NCBI GenBank assembly: GCA_019658985.1
Contig: JAIFWS010000001.1
Span: 1-31,110 of the forward strand
Origin: Candidatus Parcubacteria bacterium
GTDB taxonomy: Bacteria; Patescibacteriota; Minisyncoccia; Minisyncoccales; Staskawiczbacteraceae
DNA length: 31,110 bases
Reading direction: 5' to 3'
Below the pieces are notes generated by a model. The model ran no database searches, was not told the DNA's origin, and worked only from the letters and a program-made list of their open reading frames with translations. Position 1 is the stretch's first letter; the number at the start of each line of letters is the position of its first letter. The position numbers were made by a program, and so were the translations under genes. Positions 8,955 to 15,941 of the stretch are shown here, piece after piece.

Positions 8955-10586
8955 GACGGACTACTCCGCCCCTCGGTTCAAGATGAGGCGCTATGCACCA
9001 CCATGCCGGACGTTGTAATAATGACGGAATACTCCGCCCATCGCGCAGACTAACTAAAGAGCGGGACACCTGAGCAAACTAAACCGAAGGTAGGCAGATT
9101 AATGGCGGATAACTCCGCCCATCGCATCGTGACGCGATACTAGACGATACCGTGCGGAAGCATGAGTATCCTTAAAGACGGCGCACGCCGTCGGACAGCG
9201 GGACACACCGACAGCGGAGAGAGTCGTACAAAACCTAGCTCAGCTCTGTTGTCATGGCGGCATACACCACCCACGACTAGGCAAAAGAGCGCTTTACCAG
9301 ACATTGCCACACGACACGAAAGCTCATCGACAGCGGAGTACTCCGCTCATCCACTATACTGGCACTAGGACTGGCTTCACCTCACAAGACCGTGACTTCA
9401 TAGCGGAATACTCCGCTCGCTCACTATACCGGCGCTAGAACTGACTTTACCTCGCAAGGCCATAACTACTCCGCCAGGCGCCAGGCAACAGTAGGCTCGA
9501 CATTACGTGAGCAGACCACAGGATAACCATTCCCTTGACGGTTTACACCGCCCCGGAACTAGCATTACCTCACTCCGCCTAGCTTAGCTCGACGGATGCA
9601 CAGGAGAATTCATGGCAGAGTACTCTGCCGGGCGTGAAGCGCGGGAGAAGATTGCGGCACCGTGACAGACTTAACCAAGATTTATGGCGGAGTACTCCGC
9701 CCAATACCTGACCAAGCCCGATCTTGCTAGACCTGGCCTTGCCAAATAATAGCGGCGTACGCCGCCCGTAACTTAGAGACGCGTGAGGTCGCAAAGCGAC
9801 AGTTGACTACACGGGACGATACCGCAGCCAATGCATGGCGGAATACTCCGCCCCGAACAAGAACATAGCGGATCGCAGTAAACCATGCCGATTCACAGCT
9901 TGCTCTTGCTTTCATGGCGGCGTACGCCGCCCTTCAAACTAAGTTACCATGAGCTAGGGTACCTTGCCTAATCGCGGCGGATTACTCCGCCCGGCAAAAC
10001 TAACGTGCAGTTGGCTACTCCACGTTACAAGAATACCACGACGGCATACGCCGCCAGAAAAGATACCTGGCTTGACTCCGCGCCACTAAACCTAACCTAA
10101 TCATGACGGAATACTCCGCCCGATACTGTGGCTTAACCCACTGCACCATAATGAGGTAAACCCCATTAATGGCGGAGTACTCCGCCCGACAATCACAATG
10201 TACGGTTGACTGCCATGTGTCGCCAGATAGGTAACGACGGAATACTCCGCCGCGCATGTCGGGTTACGCCACGATACGTTGGCGCACACCGCCTTGAATT
10301 GCATAACGGAATACTCCGCTCAGAAGCCGGGTAGACTCCGCCTTAGGAAGCTTAGCTCCACCCCACCAAATATAACGACGACATACGCCGCCGTGCATGC
10401 AGCACTAAGCTGGATCACACGCCATCGGACCTTGCCATTAACGGCGGATCACTCCACCCGCTAGCTAGCTCCAAGCTACTGCGCGTTGCCTAACTAAATA
10501 TCGACAGCGGATTACTCCGCTCTTCACTGAACAAACACGCAACTAAGACGTAGCCCGCAACGGGCCGCCTTAAGTTATAGCACTTG
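8955..10586 (-). CRISPR. Array 1: non-canonical CRISPR-like hairpin-repeat array with 5-nt-periodic spacers (22 full repeats plus 1 half)
   Basis: 16-nt cores (+ strand consensus G(G/A)CGGA-NTA-CTCCGCC) at 8955, 9023, 9104, 9177, 9256, 9332, 9402, (half 9468), 9537, 9614, 9686, 9751, 9837, 9916, 9976, 10040, 10105, 10171, 10236, 10305, 10377, 10443 and 10506. Spacers are distinct, with a periodic first unit to ~10586. Promoter and terminator give minus-strand orientation. Confidence 0.85.
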
Positions 10587-10598
10587 CATATTCCAAAT

Positions 10599-10627
10599 AA
10601 TATAACTTAAGGCGATTTCTTAATCAA
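10599..10627 (-). promoter_or_regulatory. Sigma70-like promoter of array 1
   Basis: Minus strand TTGATT (10627-10622), 17 nt, TATATT (10604-10599), overlapped by inverted repeats. Confidence 0.65.
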
Positions 10628-10638
10628 ATAAGAAATCT

Positions 10639-10678
10639 AATAAAAATCACGGAGCCGAAGACATTGCTGTACTTCGGC
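10639..10678 (-). terminator. Intrinsic terminator of the DinG gene
   Basis: Minus strand GCCGAAG-TACAGCAATGT-CTTCGGC then TCCGTGATTTTTATT. Confidence 0.65.
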
Positions 10679-10707
10679 GCCGCGATCATTTGTCTACCCA
10701 GGCCTGC

Positions 10708-12648
10708 TCAGTCGACGAGCAGATCCTCGGCCTCCCCGAGACACTCTTCCAGATCCCGGTCGCCGATGTAGACGCCGTGGGCCTGCAACTCCGGCGGCAG
10801 GTTGTGGAAAACGAGTTCCCGGAACCCTTCGGACATCAGCAGAGACACACCCTTGCAATCCTTGCTTCGGATGTTACGGCCGAGAGCCTGGAGAGTCTGC
10901 AGGACAACGCGCGCCCTCGTCCGAACCCAAGCCCCCTTTCCATAGCGCTGTTGTTCGAATTGCGCAACCGCACTCTCCGGATCGGGATACCCCGGGCGCA
11001 GGAGCCACAGCGCACCAGCTAGACCGTCCGGCAAATCCAAGCCCGTGCCGTAGTGCGCCATGCACCCGATCAGCACTTGGCCCTGCCCGTCCTTGAAGAG
11101 TCGCGCGGCCTCCTTAGCCGGCATGTGACCGTTATAGGTCACGACTTCCAGACCCGCTTGTTCACAGAACGCGATACACTGTTCACGTTCTTTGTTCGAC
11201 ACCAGGAGCACGAGGCTACGGATGTCTTGCTCAGCCAGGCGTGCGCAGCCATTGGCGATGGCTCGCAACGTTCTCCGTTTTTTCTTCCCTGACATGTCCT
11301 GCTTGCGCGAGAGATCGTCCACGTCGCAAGGCACCATGATGCGACGGTTGGTCGCCGGGAATGGCGACGGAGCCGAGTGCATCTGCAGGCGCAGACCCGT
11401 TTCGTAGCGGAAGTGGTCGGCGTTTTGGCCGATCGTGGCCGAGAAGCAGAGGGTGGTGGGAGGAGCCAGCCTCTTGATGATCAGGCCAGCCACGTAATGG
11501 CAGTGGAGCCTGAGCAGATACTCGACTCTTTCCCTTCCCTTCTTGATCTGGAAGAACGAACAGGTGTAGTTGAGCGGCCGACGGATGACTTCGTCGTCAT
11601 CGTTCTTCACCGGGATGCCAAACCTCATCGTATGGCCATATCGCCGGAGATCCCGCGTCAGGCGTTCCAGATCCCTGACAGCACGGAAGTCGGTTGGCAT
11701 TTTGAGATGCCCCGCCTCGATCGCTGCCCGTCTTCTCTCGCCCTCAATGATACCGGGTTCGATTTCATCGAGGATTTCTAGTAGCTTCTCAATCTGGTCA
11801 CCCTCGAGCAGATACTCCCGATCGGGTTGCCGATCCTCGCTGTGGGCAATCTCATTCATTGCTTCCAAGAAACGCCTCAGGATCGGCGCTTCCGGTGCGT
11901 GAATGCGTTCGAGAAGGGCGATCGCCTGGCTGACGTGGTAGTTACTGATCGTGTAACTCAACGTGTAGCGGATGACATCCGGCCACTGGTGAGCTTCGTC
12001 AACGATCAGCACTGGCACGCGGCCGTAGGCGGTCTGATACACGTCGCCATCCTGCTTGTTGCCAAACAGCATGATGTACGTGTAGGCGGACATGGTCATG
12101 ACGACGATGCCGCCACCTTTCTTGGCTTCGTAGGTCTGTTGGTAGTACGGACAAGGAACCGCGGACGGATCCTTGACTTGGCCGGTCTTCTGATCAACGT
12201 AGTGCGGACAGTTCTTGTGGAACATGTACGGCACTTCGTCAACGCGCGGCACATCCGGATTGGCGGCCAGCACGGGCAACTCGTGCCGCTGGACCGGGTT
12301 TTTCGGCTCTTCCTCGAAGCCCTCGTGGGCCCAAGGACAGACGTGGTCATGTTGACCGAAGACCACCCGCACATCGGGATGCTCTTCCTTGATCTGCGCG
12401 ACCACTGCCCGGGACGGCGCGATCCACACAACCGTCTCGCCCGGTTCCAGTTTGCTCAGGGCATACGAGGCGGCAGCATATTCCAGCGCCGTCTTGCCCG
12501 TCCCCGTTGGAAGCTGCTGAAGCCACTTCCCCTCCGCCAACGCCCGCATCGCATCCCGTTGAATGGGACGCGGAACAGTGATTTTGTCGGTGAGGGGGAA
12601 ATGGGACAATAGCCCCGGCGTGTCGAACTTCAATCTGTCCGTCGGCAT
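10708..12648 (-). CDS. DinG/XPD-family SF2 helicase (array-embedded)
   Basis: Q motif RPIQ, motif I PTGTGKT, motif II VDEAH, motif III FSAT, motif V GTGLDLP, motif VI QALGRNIRSKDCKG. Cys motifs CPW, CPHY and CPYY lie in the Fe-S region. SD GGAGGAG. Confidence 0.93.
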   Translation of the reverse strand: MPTDRLKFDTPGLLSHFPLTDKITVPRPIQRDAMRALAEGKWLQQLPTGTGKTALEYAAASYALSKLEPGETVVWIAPSRAVVAQIKEEHPDVRVVFGQHDHVCPWAHEGFEEEPKNPVQRHELPVLAANPDVPRVDEVPYMFHKNCPHYVDQKTGQVKDPSAVPCPYYQQTYEAKKGGGIVVMTMSAYTYIMLFGNKQDGDVYQTAYGRVPVLIVDEAHQWPDVIRYTLSYTISNYHVSQAIALLERIHAPEAPILRRFLEAMNEIAHSEDRQPDREYLLEGDQIEKLLEILDEIEPGIIEGERRRAAIEAGHLKMPTDFRAVRDLERLTRDLRRYGHTMRFGIPVKNDDDEVIRRPLNYTCSFFQIKKGRERVEYLLRLHCHYVAGLIIKRLAPPTTLCFSATIGQNADHFRYETGLRLQMHSAPSPFPATNRRIMVPCDVDDLSRKQDMSGKKKRRTLRAIANGCARLAEQDIRSLVLLVSNKEREQCIAFCEQAGLEVVTYNGHMPAKEAARLFKDGQGQVLIGCMAHYGTGLDLPDGLAGALWLLRPGYPDPESAVAQFEQQRYGKGAWVRTRARVVLQTLQALGRNIRSKDCKGVSLLMSEGFRELVFHNLPPELQAHGVYIGDRDLEECLGEAEDLLVD

Positions 12649-12766
12649 ACACTCCTCCCGCTAATAGAGTGGTTGGCTGTCTCCGTTGATTCGAGGATGT
12701 CCGTGCTAATTATCAAAGGTCTTCATCGCTGGACTCGCCCTAGGGCAGGTCTAACGAAGCGCGCTT

Positions 12767-12795
12767 AATTTAACATCAAAAATATCCTTTGTCAA
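12767..12795 (-). promoter_or_regulatory. Sigma70 promoter of the DinG gene
   Basis: Minus strand TTGACA (12795-12790), 17 nt, TAAATT (12772-12767). Confidence 0.65.
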
Positions 12796-12832
12796 TTGAT
12801 TATTATTGTTATAAAAATCCCTGTTTTATACA

Positions 12833-12860
12833 AACAAAAAGACAGCCTGTAAGAGCTGTC
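12833..12860 (-). terminator. Intrinsic terminator of array 2a
   Basis: Minus strand GACAGC-TCTTACAG-GCTGTC-TTTTTGTTT. Confidence 0.75.
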
Positions 12861-12870
12861 TAGAATCAAT

Positions 12871-13779
12871 GACGGAATACTCCGCCCTAAGTGCGGGTGC
12901 GACTTTCCAGGCCGTAGAGGAGGCCGCGGCGACTAACTCTGCCCGATAATAACGGTGTACACCGTCCACAGCGGCAAGGCGCGCTAGCGGGATTCACGAA
13001 ACTCTGCGCTGAGTAATAGCGGATTACTCCGCCCAAAAGGACGTGGCGTGATACGATAAGGGACCACACCCTGGCAAGCCCAATCGATGGCGGAATACTC
13101 CGCCCGATACACTAACTTGGCACGCCCTACTTAACCCAACCTTGGCAAAGATCCATGGCAGAATACTCTGCCGACTGCTCCAGGCCGCTTTGGCGGACCA
13201 GACGCCACGATGCTTTACCCCGGTCTCATCAGCATGACGATCTACATCGCCGCTAACCCGAGTTCTAAGCTGGTTGACGTTACTCTACCGAGCCTCAATC
13301 ATGGCGGCTACGCCGCCCGGCACCAAGGGTTGCCGTACGGCACTTAACTGCACGTAGTATTCATGGCGGAATACTCCACCGGGCAAGTAGACGTGGAAGA
13401 TATTACGACACCGTACGTCAAATCATGGCGGTCGACGCCGCCCGGTACTCGATCCTGCGTTAGCTGACATTGCTCTGGCATGAATATTGGCGAACTACTT
13501 CGCCGGATAGCGCTGAGTAGGAAATCCTGGAGTACTACACGTTACAGCACGCCACGACGTCTAACGACGGAATACTCCGCCCCTAAACCTACTAAGAAGG
13601 AGGGAGCTACGCCATACTAGGTAACGGCGACGTACATCGCCCGAGAGGTGGCTCAGCAATGCCTTAAGATGCTTTACTCAACCCCAAGAATCATGACGGA
13701 CTACTCCGTCCGCAAGTGTACTTAATCCTGGTGGACTAAACCGTAGCTAAGGGAAATGTCAAAGAACCTATCCAATGAA
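12871..13779 (-). CRISPR. Array 2a: same non-canonical hairpin/pentamer array (13 repeats)
   Basis: Cores at 12871, 12951, 13018, 13089, 13157, 13236, 13303, 13365, 13427, 13489, 13566, 13626 and 13695. The first unit (13715-13779) is also periodic. Confidence 0.85.
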
Positions 13780-13784
13780 TTCCC

Positions 13785-13813
13785 AATGTAACACAAAACC
13801 TCCTACAAATCAA
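13785..13813 (-). promoter_or_regulatory. Sigma70-like promoter of array 2a
   Basis: Minus strand TTGATT (13813-13808), 17 nt, TACATT (13790-13785). Same -35 hexamer as the array 1 promoter. Confidence 0.65.
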
Positions 13814-13820
13814 TTTCGCC

Positions 13821-13854
13821 AAAATAAAAAAGGACAGCGTTTGACGACTGTCCT
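13821..13854 (-). terminator. Intrinsic terminator of array 2b
   Basis: Minus strand AGGACAG-TCGTCAAACG-CTGTCCT-TTTTTATTTT. Confidence 0.75.
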
Positions 13855-13867
13855 ATGAACTTGTAAT

Positions 13868-14712
13868 AGCGGCTATGCCGCCCTTTGAGATAAGCTGCTT
13901 TAGTTTACCCAGCTGCATCATACCCAATAATGACGGATTACTCCGCCCGTAACGCCGAACCGTCCTACCTGACGCTACTCAAGAGAAATGACTAATGACG
14001 GATTACTCCGCCCATCGAAGAGCAGGATACGACAGCTGGCAGAACCCCACCATACGTTATCAATGACGGATTACTCCGCCCTGCACCGGGACTAATTACG
14101 CAGCACGATACGCCACGATGGCACTTGCCTAACAGCGGCGTACGCCGCCCAAGACCGGACACGAGGCTTGCTTAACTGTAGTAAGCTTTACCTAACCGCA
14201 GCAGGTCGATGACGGTCTACGCCGCCGGTAAGGTAAGTCGGTGGTGGTGCGCGAAGCTTCACTAGCGCGCAACCTGACTCAACTTTATCATAACAGCGGA
14301 CTACTCCGCCCTCTACAATGGCTTACTTACGATGAGGTGAACTACGCTTTACTAAAACTTCATGGCGGACTACTCCGCCCAAAGATGTGCGCAACAGCGA
14401 CACGCTCGGGCTCGCTGCGCCATGGTAAATTCATCGATGGCGGACTACTCCGCCCGAAAACTTGCTGAGGGCGGGTGCGCCTAACTCAACACAACACCAC
14501 CGAATCGTTGGCGAAATACTCCGCCGGACAAGCTGGTATTCCGCGATTTACTGCACGGAACGTTGCAGAGCTTGAGCACCGTAATGGCGGACTACTCCGC
14601 CCCGTACGAATAACTACTGAATGGAACTATGCCCTGGCTAAAACCATGACGGTTTACACCGCCCGGTAACCTGCAACGGAGAAGTCAACTCTACGTAACC
14701 AAGCCGAATCAT
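13868..14712 (-). CRISPR. Array 2b: same non-canonical hairpin/pentamer array (12 repeats)
   Basis: Cores at 13868, 13932, 13997, 14065, 14134, 14211, 14295, 14364, 14439, 14510, 14586 and 14648, with periodic sequence continuing to ~14712. Confidence 0.85.
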
Positions 14713-14717
14713 CAGGC

Positions 14718-14766
14718 AAAAAAAATCGCAGAACCAGCACACATTCCTGTGTGTCCGGCCCTGCGA
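14718..14766 (-). terminator. Long hairpin plus U8 (terminator or attenuator) between the CSD-protein gene and array 2b
   Basis: Minus strand TCGCAG-GGCCGG-A-CACAC-AGGAAT-GTGTG-CTGGTT-CTGCGA-TTTTTTTT, about 17 bp including G.U pairs. Confidence 0.65.
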
Positions 14767-14806
14767 CCCTAACGACGGTTGAACCCGCCTTTTGTTCGCC
14801 GAAACA

Positions 14807-15733
14807 TCACGACACCGGCTCGACCCCGAAGGCATCGAGCGTGTACTTGGGCTTGCGGCCCGGACGGTATTCGGTCTTGGGGTTGCGTTGAGCCTTGGCC
14901 AGGTTCGAGAACCTGACCCGTTGACCTTGGCCCAGGTAGCGCAGCCGGGGGCTCGGCGGCGCCTCCGTCCAGTGCACCCGCGCCCAGCCCTGAGCGGTGA
15001 CGATCTTGCCCATGTTGCGGGCATCGTGCCAGCTCTCCACCATCCCTTCGTTGCGCCGGAGCCCGTCGATACTCGGCTCAGGCGGAAAGAGGGTGTCGGG
15101 GGCGGGAATCAGCGGCAGTCCCTCGGGAGCGAGATTCACCAGAACCGTTCCCAGGTGCTTGTGTTTGCCGACGCCCGGAAAACAGAGTCTGCCCTTGTAC
15201 CCGGAACAGGCCAGCAGGTCCTGTCGGCGCTGCACCGTCAGGAAGAACTGCCTACCCTGGCTGATGACGGCCACCTCCCACACGTGCACATGGCCGGTCA
15301 GCCTTCCTGCCAGCCGCACGTACTGGCCGAGGCACAGCGTGTTAGCCGGATAGGAGGTCTTGTTGAGGAGAGGACCATCGTAGGCGAAGAGATCCAGGCC
15401 GAAGCGGGATCCGAAGACGACGCCCTCGGAGTCCTTGTCGCGACTCGACAAGAAATCGAAGCGCCGCTTCTGCTTGGCGTGGGCCTCTTCGTAGCCCTCC
15501 TCATTCAATTGGGGGATGTCATCCGGGTCACGGTTCCAGTCCTTCTGGGGCAGGAAGTTATCATCTCCCGTCCGGAAGAACGCGACCGTCCAGTCGGCGT
15601 CGTCGGCCACCTCGGCCAGGATCGTCACCGATCCGGAAGCCAAGTCTCCGACGTAGCCGTCTGCTTCGGGCGCCACGAGGTCTTTTTCGTGATAGACCTC
15701 CACAGCAACGCCCGGGATCTGGTAAACGCTCAT
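14807..15733 (-). CDS. Hypothetical protein with a C-terminal cold-shock-like (OB-fold) domain
   Basis: Residues ~229-308 (EGMVESWHDARNMGKIVTAQGWARVHW...YLGQGQRVRF) align by eye with CspA (GxVKWFNxxKGFGFI...VFVHF...LxEGQxVxF). SD AAGGA. The N-terminal 220 aa are not recognised. Confidence 0.7.
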   Translation of the reverse strand: MSVYQIPGVAVEVYHEKDLVAPEADGYVGDLASGSVTILAEVADDADWTVAFFRTGDDNFLPQKDWNRDPDDIPQLNEEGYEEAHAKQKRRFDFLSSRDKDSEGVVFGSRFGLDLFAYDGPLLNKTSYPANTLCLGQYVRLAGRLTGHVHVWEVAVISQGRQFFLTVQRRQDLLACSGYKGRLCFPGVGKHKHLGTVLVNLAPEGLPLIPAPDTLFPPEPSIDGLRRNEGMVESWHDARNMGKIVTAQGWARVHWTEAPPSPRLRYLGQGQRVRFSNLAKAQRNPKTEYRPGRKPKYTLDAFGVEPVS

Positions 15734-15825
15734 TGGCGAAACCGTCCTTTCTTTTCAAGGTGCACTTATTGCCCGCCGACATAGCGAGCTTCAGATAGAT
15801 TGCTCCTATCATATAAATTATCACT

Positions 15826-15869
15826 TGTCAATTAATTGCGTTGACAGACGGAACATAGTATGTTAGCCT
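15826..15869. promoter_or_regulatory. Back-to-back divergent promoters for the CSD-protein and Cas7-like genes
   Basis: Plus strand TTGACA (15841-15846), 17 nt, TAGCCT (15864-15869) with an extended TG. Minus strand TTGACA (15831-15826) has only a weak -10. Confidence 0.55.
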
Positions 15870-15941
15870 CAAAACCAGTTTCAGGATGAATGTCTGGCGA
15901 CGCCAGCGAATCCTGAATAGCACCTAGCACCGGGAGAACCT

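Noticed and set aside
8955-14712. Short ORFs called inside the arrays (e.g. 9162..9368, 9579..9794, 9727..9915, 10015..10257, 10101..10304, 12887..13069, 14241..14468, 14475..14669)
   Set aside because: They are translations of the repeat (AEYSA, GGLLRP) with no SD sites or coding bias; the DNA is better explained as structured RNA.
8955-14712. TIGR-Tas array
   Set aside because: No Nop-domain protein, no alternating edge/loop repeats with box C/D-like motifs, and variable 60-86-nt units rather than short fixed units.
8955-14712. REP/BIME elements or integron attC cassettes
   Set aside because: There are no RYYYAAC/GTTRRRY core sites, no cassette ORFs and no integrase or RAYT, and the inter-repeat sequence has its own periodic code.
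14774-14789. Possible extra repeat GACGGTTGAACCCGCC between the CSD gene and the long hairpin
   Set aside because: It is only partly paired and lacks the GU loop and an adjacent periodic spacer; a relic at best, so not counted.
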